From contig CDMY01000581.1 of the NCBI GenBank assembly GCA_001179505.1, positions 265,597-329,596 on the forward strand: a stretch of 64,000 nt of DNA, given 5' to 3'. Within the stretch, counting starts at the first letter, position 1. Each line of letters begins with the position of its first letter. A model generated the notes under the pieces. The model was not told where the DNA came from. It worked only from the letters and a program-made list of their open reading frames with translations, and did not search any database. Positions 48,590-61,003 of this stretch are shown here, piece after piece. Source of the stretch: Vitrella brassicaformis CCMP3155. Its lineage: Eukaryota; Protista; Chromerida. Made by a program: the position numbers and the translations under genes.

Positions 48590-49145
48590 TCGATGGCATC
48601 CACCCACGGCGACATCCATACAACAAGACTCTGTGTGTGTATGTGTGTGTGTGCACGCACATCATAACAGACACATTCACGCACGTACCGTGTCATCAAT
48701 AGGTGCGCCTGCACTTTACGCGCCTGCACAGGGTGTCACTCTGTCGAGCTCCTGCCCTGCATGTGTGTATCTGTGCGTGTTAGGTGAGAGGTACACAGAT
48801 ACACACACAGATACAGATAGATACACAATTGATAGATACACAATTGAGGCCTCCCTGCATGTGTCTCATGGATGTACGTACGGGTTGGTAAGTGGCGGTC
48901 CACCCCACCCAGACGATAAGTTAACGTTGAGGCGCATACTTTGAACTGGAGACACTGACATTTAGATATGTCGAGACATGCACGTTTGTTCAGAGGATAT
49001 GTATACATTGCCTGTCCACTCAACGCATGTTCATCCGTTCATTCTGTTGGTTCGTTCTTTTATCCGCATCAGTACAGTCAGCTCGGCTCGTGTGTGTGGC
49101 TGATTGTGTGTGTCGCTCGAGTCGATTTGACACATTCTGTCTGCC

Positions 49146-50431
49146 TCATCTGAGCTGTGGGATGACGTACGGTTTGGTCTTGCAGTCGGCCGGAGGCTGC
49201 AACACACACACAACGCAGCATCAATCAATCATCCATCCAGAGTCCAGCCATTGATGAGGGACGCGTAGATGGATGGATAGATGGCTCACCGTACCGTCTC
49301 GTTCTGGTCGTAGTGGCCATCGGCCATCACGCACACCTGTTGACACGGGTACAACACACGACACATGAGCTGTCTGGTCTGGTGGGTGGGTGTTGTGGTG
49401 TGATGCCCGACTGACGTACGAGTGGTGGGTGCGTTGTTGGTGGCTGGAGTGACGCAGACGAGCGGTGTTTGGATGCACACGAAGCCGCCGCCACGCTGCT
49501 GATATATCAACACGCACACACACACACACACAGAGAAAACACTGCTTGGTTTGTGAATGCATTGCATTCCTCTTTAATTGTGTGATGGATGCCTTGTGTG
49601 CATCGATGGCGTCCGGCAGCTCATCCAGTGGCTTGTTGTAGCCAATGAAGTCCAAAATCCCCCCAGCCATGACCGTTTAAACACACACACACACACACAC
49701 ACATTGGTTGGATGGACACACTCACGTGTCTCTCCCTCCCTCTCTCCCTCCGTCTCAGTGACTGACTGCCTCACCCACCCAGCAGATTGCGCGGCGGACT
49801 TCAACGAACGAAGACGAGAGGAACTTGATGATGTAGTGATTCATGCAGAACTTGCACCACTGCTCGGCCTTCTGCTTCGAGTACAGACACACGCCGGCGA
49901 TGGATGTGAACTCCTTCAGACTCACGCCGCCCATGCACAGACCACCCTGACACACACACACACACACACACGGGGAGGGTTCAATTGTGTATCTGTCTGT
50001 CTTTCTGCTGCATGGCTTACGCGCTTGGCGTGTGCGGCCGATAGGACGAGCAGCACAGACGACGGGGCTGCGCTGGACAACGCGGAGACACAATCCGACT
50101 CACTCTCGAAACTGACACACAATCAGAGACACACACATCAGCTGTCTGCCTCTCTCTCTCTCCCCTCCCTCCCTCTGTGTGTGTGTGTGTGCGGGACCTC
50201 TTGACGTTGGTGGCGAAGCGCTTGAGGTCATTGACGAACGCAAACAAATGACGAGGCTCGACGTCGTTACAGTAGACGTACACAACCCAACTCTGCACGG
50301 TGGCGCCACACAACGAGGCATGGCGCAATGAGTGTGTCTCTCGTGTGCTGTGCCGAGCCTACCTGGTCGAGGCGGCTGGTGGACGAGTAGGTCATGTCGC
50401 TGTTGCTGTCACGATTGCCCGACATGATCAT
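49146..50431 (-). CDS. Hypothetical small multi-exon protein, possible receiver-like alpha/beta domain
   Basis: In-frame exons MIMSGNRD..RLDQ|SWVVYVYCND..NVK|SFESESDCVSALS..VLLVLSAAHAKR|GGLC..IAGVCLYSKQKAEQWCKFC.. The 3' exon structure is not fully resolved. Confidence 0.5.
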
Positions 50432-50883
50432 CTCACACACTGATTGGCTCACTGACTGACTGACTGACTGATGTGCTGAGTGGCTGCTTGTTGGTCGATT
50501 GTTTGTCGATACACGACGGACGAGTGGAGAGACGACAGAGTGAGACCCCCCAGGCTGGTCAATTGGCTTTCTGCTGCCTGTGTCTGTGTACGTTTGTGTT
50601 ACGGATCGTCGATCTGTGTTTTGCGTCGTGTGTATGTGTGCATGTGTGTATGTGTGTATGTATGCAGTCGTCGATCGTGTCGGATCGGTTGCATTCATTA
50701 GATGGATGTTCGCTTCTCGTGGCACAGATGCATACCCGGGAGAACAACACTAGCTAGTGAACAACTCACTCAGCCACACGCACACATGCCTACACACACA
50801 CACACACACACACAAACCGGAACTCATCGCATAGCTGCCTTGGCCTGCCTTCCTCTCTCTCGGACAACACACACCTGTGTCGT

Positions 50884-52256
50884 TCAGTTTTGTTTGTTGT
50901 GCTGGTGTTCGTTGTCGTCTGCCGACGACTCGTCATCCTCTATGCCCACGCCAGGGGCCGTCTCCTCGTCGATCTTGCGCCGCTGCACCATTGGAGGCAC
51001 CAACACACTCGTCACCTCATAGCTGACAGCACATCACATCAACGCATACAGAGGGAGGGAGCGGAGACATGGTAAGAGAAAGTGACCACCAGACAGAACA
51101 GACACCTTGCAGGCGGTTCTGTCACATGCAGCTGAGCCAATTTCTCCATAGCTTCAGGCAGGTCCGGGGAGAGAGGCGACTCCTCGCCTCTCTTGCGCGG
51201 TGGATGATAGATCAGATCACTGTCCTGCTGCTGGCTGTCAGCACCACCGGGGGTGTAGATGACCTGATCTTGATCATACTGCCTGGCTGACGTCCCCCTG
51301 AAGGCAGGTTTGGCTGTCTTGGCACGCAGCGAGGCATTGAGGCTGTTGCGGCTGCTGGTTGCGCCGCCACGGCTGCCGAGAGACCGCTCCAGGTCCTCCA
51401 GGATGGAGTGAGACACCACACGGCTATTCTGGAGCCTCTGCAGGCACGTCCCTGCACACACAGGCAAGCACAGGGAAGAGCAAGGGATGGACCTGGCACC
51501 GCACCCAGTGGTACCTTCTGTTGCTTCGAGCTCGGGCAGTTGCGCCTCCAAAGCCATGACTTCCGCGAAGAGAGCCCTCTCCCTTTCTTCCTGGTCGCCC
51601 TTGAGCTCCTGAAGGCGGCGGGCCCGCTCACCGTCGATGCGCTTTTTCGCCAGCAGCCTCTCGCGGTGCACGACCATCGCACGATTGGAGTTGCGAAGAT
51701 TTGTGTCGGCCTCCATCATCTTCTTCTGTCTCAGGTAATCCTGGCTCTCGGCGCGTGTGTTTTCTGCACTCTGCTGCTTGGACTTGATGAACTCGTAGCT
51801 CGCCATCTGCCTGCTGCTGCTGTGAGACATCCGCTGCTGCGCCGCCTTGTCTTTGTTGGCACAAACCTCGCTCTCTTTGTAGTGCGAAATGGCCTTGTCG
51901 GCCATCTTTTTCTCTGCAGTCAACACAAAGCCACTTCTGCGATGAAACCCGCCCATTGCAAAGCAGGGTTCTTCTCACCGAGTGTGCGGGCCCTGCCATC
52001 CTCAATCCTGGATGCGTGCCTCCTGACCTCGTCCAGGTCTCGCCAGATCTTTTCCTCTTCTCGCTTGAAGTAAGAAATGCGGTTCTGCACATGACAAGAA
52101 GGGATACGGCCGCATTCATGCCGAGGGTCTTGTGGACCTTCTGACCTTGAGGGCTTTGGAATTCTGTTCGAGCTGCTTCTTGCGTCGAAGGGCTTCGTGG
52201 AAGGTCAGGGGCCTGTGGGTGCCAATCGAAATGGGATCTTGCTGATGTTCAGCCAT
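50884..52256 (-). CDS. Conserved-looking coiled-coil protein (alveolate/ciliary type)
   Basis: EALRRKKQLEQNSKALK|..RISYFKREEEKIWRDLDEVRRHASRIE.. followed by long charged helices. The last exon SYEVTSVLVPPMVQRRKID..HNKQN* joins in frame. Confidence 0.7.
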
Positions 52257-52418
52257 CGCGAAAGGCCCTTTGATGATTGGAGCTCGCCTTCTGCTTTTTC
52301 CTTCGCTCACGGAGCGGCTACGGCCGGAAACGGGAGAGCCCGCGAGCTCGAAGCCGTCTCAGACTGGGGGCGTGTCGTGGGTTGCATGCACATCCCGCTG
52401 ATCCTCCGCAGGTTCATC

Positions 52419-54026
52419 ATGTCGTTGAGTGCAACAGATGCTGAACATCTGTACAAGGCCGTCCATAAGGCTGTGCCGAAGGGGTCCCGGCCGGTGTCCG
52501 ACGAGAGCCCCAAGGCCAAGGCCATGGCGCCCTCAGGCAGACGCATCGATTTCGCGTCAAGTGAGGGAAAGGAGCAGGACGCGGAGCCAGCGGGGGCCCA
52601 GGAACGCAAGATACGTAACGGTGTGGGATCGAGAAAGCCTCTGACACTGAGTGAAGAGACTCAGGGAGATTCGCGTCGGCACTTCCAGACAGCCAAGTAA
52701 TCACTCACGAAACAGGAAGATCTCGCTGGCACAAGTGCTCGGTGTGTGTCATTTCCTTCAGGGGCCGCAGCGGGGCTGGCAGCCAGATGCCCAGTGGCTG
52801 GAGATATCACTCGACGGGAGAGCAGCGCGGCCCTCTCAGCCGACATCAAAGCGTGGCTGTCATCTCTTTGGAATCGTTCAGGTACGTAGACTCCCGAAGC
52901 ATTGTGTCAGGGAGCTGCGAGCAGACACACACAACCGAGATCCGGGGATCTTTTTGCAGGAGAGACCCAACGCGCGCCGGCATCCGGACGAGAAATCGCC
53001 CTCACATGCAGCTGGCGCCTTCGGCGCCTGGGGCCCCTGCAAGTAGGCCGACGAGGCCGGGGCAGGGACACAGAGTGGACTGTCACTTTATGCCTCTGTG
53101 TCTTGCAGCCCCCCATTCCTACACTGATGGCTGGAGACAAAGTAGGAAGAAGAGAGAGCTGGCTCCAATCCAATCACACGCTCTATGTCTCTCTTCTTTG
53201 TGTCGGCAGCTTTTCGTTCGAGTGACTATTCGCATCTGCATACGCTTACAGATCCCATCACGGGCAGATGTGAGACCAGCACATCAACTCTCTGAAACGT
53301 TAAGGTGCGTCTGCGAAATCTGTATAGATGGCGTGCCGTCGTCTCCTCGTGGCATTCGGGTCACTTCACCGGCGATTTCGGTAAACACGATGGCGGCACG
53401 ATGGCCCTTTTGTCATTCTCCGTCGCTCAGGATGAGTACATACGGATGACGAACAAGAGGTTGCTGCTGCCGTCACAGAGGGGGACGCCGCGATCACGTA
53501 AGTGCACACACGGACAGTCTCACTCGGCTTGGGCGCCCATTTGTGAGCATTGGCGCATCAGGGAGTCCGCATCTACGGGAGACACTTCACGACGAACCCC
53601 CGCAGCACAGAACGAGTAGCGAATGTCACCACATGCGAGAAGCGTGCATGACATGTCTCTCCGAAATGATTGCATGATGTAGGCATCCGAACATTCTCCC
53701 CAACCGCCTCCGGACCAGGAGATAAGATGGCTGCCACCCTGGTCACGAACGTCGTGCCGTCCATGAGCGACACGCCCCGATCGTCCATTCTGCCGTTCGA
53801 CGAAGACAACAATTTTGCGCGTGCCACATACGGCATCTACATGAACATCAGCACACACCAATACGGACAGATCTTCCGGTACGTGAAGGGGTGCATGTCA
53901 GCTTGTATGTATGTGTCTGCCTTGGATGCTCTTGCGTGCCATAGGTCTCGCGGCCTCAGCAGTGATCCATCGTGGTACATGCATGATCGTGACGGAGTTG
54001 ACTTCAGACGCAAAGTGCCGCCATGA
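52419..54026 (+). CDS. Hypothetical protein, multi-exon
   Basis: Exons MSLSATDAEHLYKAVHK.., ..NNFARATYGIYMNISTHQYGQIFR|, ..WYMHDRDGVDFRRKVPP*. Start uncertain. Confidence 0.55.
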
Positions 54027-54165
54027 CTGAGTGATCGCTTGAACGGACCACGATTGGCCATTGAGCACTCAGCACATACATGAACCACACACACAGCCGT
54101 CACTTGATGACGTTGCCGCAGCATGGATGGATACATGGATGCATTTTGTCTGTGTGGGGTGCTTT

Positions 54166-54536
54166 CGTGGGTGGATGGTATGCCATCGATCACAGCTCTG
54201 TTTCGTGTCCCTTCGCCTTCGACTCCACACTCAGCAACGTCACCTGCGCACAACAACAGACAGAGACATACATGCACACACACCTCCCCCCCTCCCTCCC
54301 TCCCTCCCTCTCTCCGTCTGTGTGGCGGCTGGCTGGTTGGCTGACCGTGTATGTGATTTCGAAGCGTTGTGTGAGGGGAATGCTGGCTCGTCGCGTCTCG
54401 CCCACTGACATGCCTATCAGGCACTTGCTGAGCGGCGTCACATTGTGTTGACCGACCTTCACTCTCTCCTGCACGGACTCGCCTGCACACACACACACAC
54501 ACACACACAGAGTCTTGTTATCTGGATGTCGCCGTG
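54166..54536 (-). pseudogene. Inverted, circularly permuted partial copy of exons 3-4 of the FKBP-like gene at 47883-48589
   Basis: ESVQERVKVGQHNVTPLSKCLIGMSVGETRRASIPLTQRFEITYT|VTLLSVESKAKGHETEL* with the intron retained. The 5' exons are missing, and the parent's 3'-flank sequence sits upstream of exon 3. Confidence 0.8.
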
Positions 54537-55437
54537 CGTGTGTGCGTTTGCGTGTTTGTGTGTGCCGTGCAGTGCAGTGCCAACAATGACGTGAGAGTGA
54601 GCAGAGAGGGGGGGTTTACGTCTGCATGTGTGTGTGGGGTGGGTGCATTGCGCAAGGCGACCTGAACCAATTAATATTGTGCCTGCCCGTTGACAAATGA
54701 CTGACATAAGTCTCTCTGTCTGTCTGTCTGTCTGTCTGTCGGCATCATGTCCGTCACATCACCACGCCCATCAAGGCACCCATGCCATGCCTGTCCGTGT
54801 CTCTCTGTTCCCGTTTCTCTCGCGCCACTTCACCTTCTCACACGCCACGCACCTGTCAAGCTCATCGATCGAGCACCGGACAAGGCCATGCCATGCCGTA
54901 CATGTGTGGAGCGAAGGCACACGAGAGGAAGGGAAGCGCCGACACACAGGCACAATGAATGGCCTCTCTACTGTCTCCGTCTCGCCATTTCCGCTGAGCG
55001 TCTCGCGGCCGACGGCAGCTTTGCACTCTTCTAGTTAGTGGGAGAGTCAAAAGCGCTGTCTGCAGCGAGAGAGACAGCAAAAACGGCAACGGACAGAGTC
55101 AAAGGGACGAACCGAACGTCATGTCAGCACACATTGCATCGCGTCTCTCGCCATATTTCTGACGTACACACACGTATGCACGCACACCCACGGACACGCA
55201 CTCACACACACGCCGATACATAGACCCTCATACATATTGAATGGAACAAAAGTGACTCCATACATATACAGCCCGCTGGCTGCCTGTACACGAGACAAAT
55301 CACGAACATCACCTACCTAGCCATCCTACCCACTATTCAGCCCCCCCCCCCCTCCATTTAGGCACTCCCATGCATCTCTGCTATGCCATGCAGCTATATA
55401 CACGTGTGTGTAACAAAGGTACGGGTCCGTCTCTTGT

Positions 55438-57883
55438 TTATTGTATGACACAGCACTTGTTCTGCTTGTCGGGACCGGGGGCCTGTGCGGGGGGCGGTGG
55501 GGCGGTGGCTAGGCCGGCCTGCCCACCCGGCATGTGAGTCACCATCACCACAGAACCCGCACCACCTCCACCCAGCTGCACACACCACGTCGTCACGTCA
55601 CTCAGTGCATGAACAGGCCGACTGCTCTGCATGGGCACGTGGCACGTACCTGTGTTGGCATGGCGACGATGCCTGGGTTCTGTTGGTGGAGTTCCATGGT
55701 GTGGCCGCGCTGGTAGAGGTTGCGCGTCTCGACGCTCAGCAGCCGCTGCATCTCGGGGAGACAGTCCTTGTACAAACGACCTGGCCGATGGGAAAATAAG
55801 AAGGGTCGAACTGCCGTGTCATGACGAGTGGACTGGCGTACATACCGTTAGCAGGCACGCCGAGGGCATGAAATCCCCATCGATTGGTCTTGTCGCGCTG
55901 CAGACGGGCGATGATCAGACCGCTCGACATGCCCGCGTCACTCAGCTACAGACAGACACACACGCACAACCACACGCATAGATTGATGTGCAGTGCAAGG
56001 ACGTGTGTCTTGTCTAGGGGAAGGCAAAATGTGTGTGTGCATGTACCCACCTGGTATCTGCAGTACTCGTCTCCCGTGTTGGGGTCGACAACACGCGCAT
56101 ACGGGTTGGCCACTTGCTGCATCGCATCAACGCCCGCCGACAGACGTGCACATACAAGAGGCGATGGTATATATGGCGTGGTGGTTGCTCGCTTCGCTAC
56201 CCACCCTGAATGTTCTGTTGGGCGAATATATGTTGATGCAGAAGTACAGGCAGGCCACCTCTGGCCCCACACGATCCAGATAACACGTTATCTACACACA
56301 CCACACGCCATTGTGAGACCTTTCTGTCTGCGAGCCGATGTATGTTATGTGTGCATGGCATCGATACCTGCTCGTCGTCTCCCTCTCCCTCGCCCGTCAG
56401 GTTGTCGCCGCTATGAATGATGCCGTGTCTCTTGGATTCCAGGTTGCCGAAGAAGACGCTCTCGATCATCTGCCCATTCTTGTCCAGGAGGACGCATGAC
56501 GCATCCAGGTCGACCTCACCCATCGTCGTGTCCCACCCCAGGGCACTGAGTGCACACGCCAGACAGACAGACAGACAGACACACGGGTGTATATGTTTCG
56601 AAGCGTCCAGGCAGTGTCTGTGTGTGAGTGGTGCTGCACCAGATGACCGCAGACTGACTGGACGCGAAGTCAAATACATTGCCTGTTTGACACACGAGCA
56701 CAAGAAGAATCGATCAGCTAGCTGAGGAAGGACACGACACAGTTCTTCCTTCCGTGCGGCTCGGCTGTGCTGCTGACTGCCTGACTGACCCTTTCTCATG
56801 CTGAAGGCGAGTTTCTGTCGCTTGGGTGCTGTGGGGATGAAGATGCGGATGGTTTCCTGGATGGGGTTGAGTATGTCCATGAAGTGGGCGCCCTGCAAGA
56901 CTTGGTCGATGGTCCTGACCTTCCACTGCCCTGCCGCGTTGTGTCGGTGCATCACGCACAGGATGTCCGCCGTGTGGTTGCCCTTGTCGCTCAACTTGTA
57001 CTGGACCAACCAAGAAAGGACGACGCGATATGAATGCATCGACCATGCTCACCCTCCGGCGACCCTCCCTCACCTGTGCTAGTGTTGGCTTGGTCCCGGT
57101 GGCGGAATACGTCGCCTCGTCAACGACGCGGAACATGCCCTGCAGCACGTTCGCAAAGGTGCCTGCGACAACACACACACACACACACACACACACACCG
57201 AAATAGATGCACCCACACGGCCTGTGTGTTTGATTGATCTGACCGTCTGTCTGACCACTGACTGACCTCCGGAGAAGCAGCATACGACGAATACGAGCAG
57301 CGAGACGTCCTGCCCGAGTCTGTCGAGGTGAACGGTGATCTTCTCGTCCACATCGGGGTCCTTGCCGTCGAGCGAGTCACCGCTGTGCACACAGCGATAC
57401 GCAATGGTTTCAGTTGGTTTTCAGGACATCACCACGAAGGTTACCTGTGTGTGATGGCGCGACCCAACGCCTTCATGTTGTTGTAGTAGCACGCATCACA
57501 TATGTGACCGGCCGAGTTCACCACCTGCACACCCCCACACACACCCCGATGCATCCATCCATCCCCCCATCCACCCTGCAGGCCAGGCAGAGAGACTCCT
57601 GTCCTGTCGGTGTCGTGTTGTGTTGTGCTCACCACGCACTGGATGTCCATGTCCACCTGCACGGCATGGACACCAACAACAAACAGGATTGGGATGCCAA
57701 CACGGGTGAGTGGGGGTGTCTATGCCACACGACACGTACCTCCTTGACGCCAGCCAGGAACTCCCATGAGAGACAGAAGGCGAGGCGCTTGACCTCCGTG
57801 GCGACGGGGAAGTCCTCACTGCGTGTGAGCCGTCTGCCATGCAACGCCATCTCATCGCTGGAGTATGCCGGAGGCGATGCCAT
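55438..57883 (-). CDS. Tandem TerD-domain protein with C-terminal CaaX motif
   Basis: Domain 1: LSWE..VDMDIQC..AITHS|GDSLDGKDPDVDEKITVHLDRL. Domain 2: LGWDTTMGEVDLDASC..VFFGNL..HSGDNLTGEGEGDDEQ, NPYARVVD..RYQL..WGFHALG. The protein ends NKCCVIQ*. Confidence 0.88.
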
Positions 57884-58278
57884 CTGATCTGGGGGATGAC
57901 CACTCGCAACACTCGCACCCGACGTTGCCGAGAAGAAGGACGTCAGTTTCTGTCCGCTCAGCGGGGTTGCTGGTGTTCTGTGTCCTTTGTTGGTAGCGTG
58001 TTGTTGTCTTTGCTGATGCTGTTGTTGTACATGTGCTGTTTGTGTTTGTGTTTTGGTTTTGTCTAGGGTACACTTGCAGGGTAAGGGTTTCGATGTTCTG
58101 TCGCCGATCAGGGTGTCTGTGTCGTTCTGCCACGGCTGCACCGATGACAGCCTGAGGGGGATGCCAGGGGCCACAGGTCTACAGTCTTAGCGTCTTTCGC
58201 TGCATGCATCGTGACCGCTGGGGGCGCCCCCCATTGCAGGCCTAGTGGACTTGGCCTAGTGAACTTGAAAAGCGAAGA

Positions 58279-58683
58279 ATGATACCGTCTCCCGAGCGTC
58301 CGTCGTCGTCTGTTGAGGCGGTGGGAGGCAGCCCTGCTGGTGCATCCCCCGTAACACCATACTACACACCAAGTCAGACACAACAAACCACCTCCGAGTC
58401 GGCCCCTCAGGGTCATCTCATTTCTCATGTCTCTGTTGTCTGTGTAGCTGCAGCAGGAGTGTCGCCCACGACGAGTGACCCGCAGAATGTCACTGCCACG
58501 AGCCTCTACCTGCCGCCGGCTCCAGCCCCTTCGCCCGCCTACGGCCAGGCAATCATGATGCCAGGGGCTGCATCCTACTACACGCCGGTGGGTGTGGGGG
58601 GCTCGCCGCAGTCACCCCACTTCGTGGCAAGGACACAGCAGCCGAAGCTCAAGAAGCGCTCCTGCCCCTGGTGCTGCTGCTGA
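58279..58683 (+). CDS. Small P/Y-rich protein with polybasic plus Cys-rich C-terminus (likely lipidated)
   Basis: Two exons; ends QQPKLKKRSCPWCCC*. Confidence 0.6.
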   Translation: MIPSPERPSSSVEAVGGSPAGASPVTPYYTPSQTQQTTSESAPQGHLISHVSVVCVAAAGVSPTTSDPQNVTATSLYLPPAPAPSPAYGQAIMMPGAASYYTPVGVGGSPQSPHFVARTQQPKLKKRSCPWCCC

Positions 58684-59157
58684 TCATAAATGGTGGAATT
58701 GAGCTGAATGCATTGTGTGCTCTGAGGCATTTGTGGCTTGCGGCCATATGGCATACATATGCCTGGCTGGTGGAGGGATGCATCGCCTGCAGGTGTGAGT
58801 GGGGTCCGGGAGGGGGAGCCTGTGTGTCTGAGTGAGTGAGTGAGTGAGTGAGTGAGAGCTCTCGACGTACGTCTTTGATGGACGTACGTATTCATGGAGG
58901 ACGGACGGACAGGGAAAGACTCAGAGGTACACATAGAAACGTATGTGTCGGCTGGCTGGCTGGCTGACGGACTGTCCGTCTATGTGTCCGTCTATGTGCG
59001 ATCTCTCTCTATGGGTACGTACGGTGCACACATACGTACGTACGTACAACACCTCTGTGCCACACACGACAGGCCACGTCACGCCACAAACGCGCACGTA
59101 CTGGATAAATATACACACACACGTGCAGTGAGTGCACGAGCATAGCTTCCCGCCCTC

Positions 59158-60748
59158 TCACTGAATTGTCCATCCGCCTGAAACACACATATAACCAGAC
59201 AGGACAGGACAAGCACACCTGACCTGATGCAATGCATTCAACGCAATGAGTCCGTCCGCATGGCGGCTGGCTGGCTGGCTGCAGTCATTGAATGCATTAG
59301 CCGACCCACTTACCGTCGATCACTTGTGAGGCGCCGGTGATACAGGTAGCCGCCTCGGAGCACAGAAACGCGACATACTCACCTGACACCACAAACCAAT
59401 ACAGAGAGGTCACATGCCACGCCCATAAACCCGGCCATCCTCTCTCTCGTCCCGTCCCGTCCCGTGCTAACTAACCAACTAACTCACCGACGTGTCTTGC
59501 CGGGGTGAACATCTTGTTGGGGTGCTTTGCCGACACGAGCTTCGTTTCGGCCTCTTCGATTGAGATGCCCTTGTCTTGGCTCAGCCGGACCACCTGCTTG
59601 TGCACGAGGTCCGTGTTGACCCACCCCGGGCACACGGCATTGACAGTTACACCCGTCTCCGCCATCTCAAGCGCGGCTGCCTTGGTCAGACCCAACACAC
59701 CTGACACGCACTCATCCAGCCATATATCTCCAGGGGTGTGTGTGTGTGTGTGTGGTCCCGCACACCGACCATACCATGTTTGGCGGCACAGTAGGCCGTC
59801 TTGTTTGGCGACGCCACCAGGCCATGGGCAGATGAGATGTTGATCAACCTGAATGAATCACCACATCAAGACACACACTACACACACAGACGGGCCGGCC
59901 ACACGAGTGCCGTGCCTACCTGCCGTATACGGATGTCTTTTGTTCGGCGCTGAGGTCCCTCCAGTGTCTGAGTGCACTCTGCATGGTGAGGAAGGGTGCC
60001 GTCAGGTGGAGGGCCATCAGCTGCTGCCACTTGTCTAGAGGGAAGTCCACCAGCGGACTCGTGTGCTGCAGCCCGGCATTGTTGACAACGATGTCCAAGC
60101 CACCCAGAGTCTTCAAATATTACACACACACATGGTATGGACAGCAACAAAACGAAGGAGGGAGCGATAGATATGGATGGGATGAGTGCGCATCTTTCCC
60201 CCCCCACCTCGATGGTCTGTTTGATGAGAGCCGGCGGCCCCTCTGGCGTCGAAAGATCTGCCTGGATGTAATGAAGTCTGCACAAACGCACAAACACACA
60301 CGCACAGCAAGGAGGTCAGGTCGGTCATCCAACCCACCATCATGCAACCAACAGTGATCATGTCATGCCGTCTGCTCACTCTGCCGCTGGGAAGTCTTTT
60401 TTCAGCGTCGCAACCACAGCCTCCTGCAGTGCAGTGACCACTCACACACACCCGCATCAACAGACAGAAGCCATGGATGATGTGCACCACCCTCCTGTCT
60501 GCTCACCGCAGCCTCTCTCGGCCTCGATCCCGAGATGACCACTCGGCAGCCGTGGTCACAAAGCGCCTCAGCGATGCCGAGGCCGATGCCTGCAACACAC
60601 AGACAGACAGACAGGCATCATACCATGAGTGTGTGCTGTCCCTTCGATCTTTCATGTGTGCGTCATTCGTACCAGCAGTGCTGCCAGTGATGACTGCCCG
60701 CTTCCCGCGGAGGGATAGCAGCGATTTGGCGGCGCCGTTGGCCGACAT
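59158..60748 (-). CDS. bdhA: D-3-hydroxybutyrate dehydrogenase (bacterial-type SDR)
   Basis: [48 protein letters not shown] (YxxxK), [25 protein letters not shown] and SAHGL..S..K.AY are HBDH-type motifs. Confidence 0.85.
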
Positions 60749-61003
60749 GGTGCTGATGGGGAAAGGAGCCGTGGGTGGGATGGATACAAGGTGAAGCAGG
60801 GCTAGGCAGATCTCACGCCTCATCCATACCCATAGTCATCTCTGCGCATCGTTCGGTTGGCCGGAGAGATCGTTTGCGCTTCTCTCTCTCGGCTAAGCTC
60901 GCCGTGCTGCGAGGAGGGAGGGGAGTGGGTTGGATTCTTGGGCCCGTACGTATGGTGGTGTGCTCTGATGCTGCCACAGGAAAAGGACAAAGGTCAACGC
61001 ACT

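Noticed and set aside
54700-55100. New 5' exons that would make the FKBP partial copy a functional chimeric gene
   Set aside because: No convincing in-phase splice path to the acceptor at 54482. Left open for RNA-seq.
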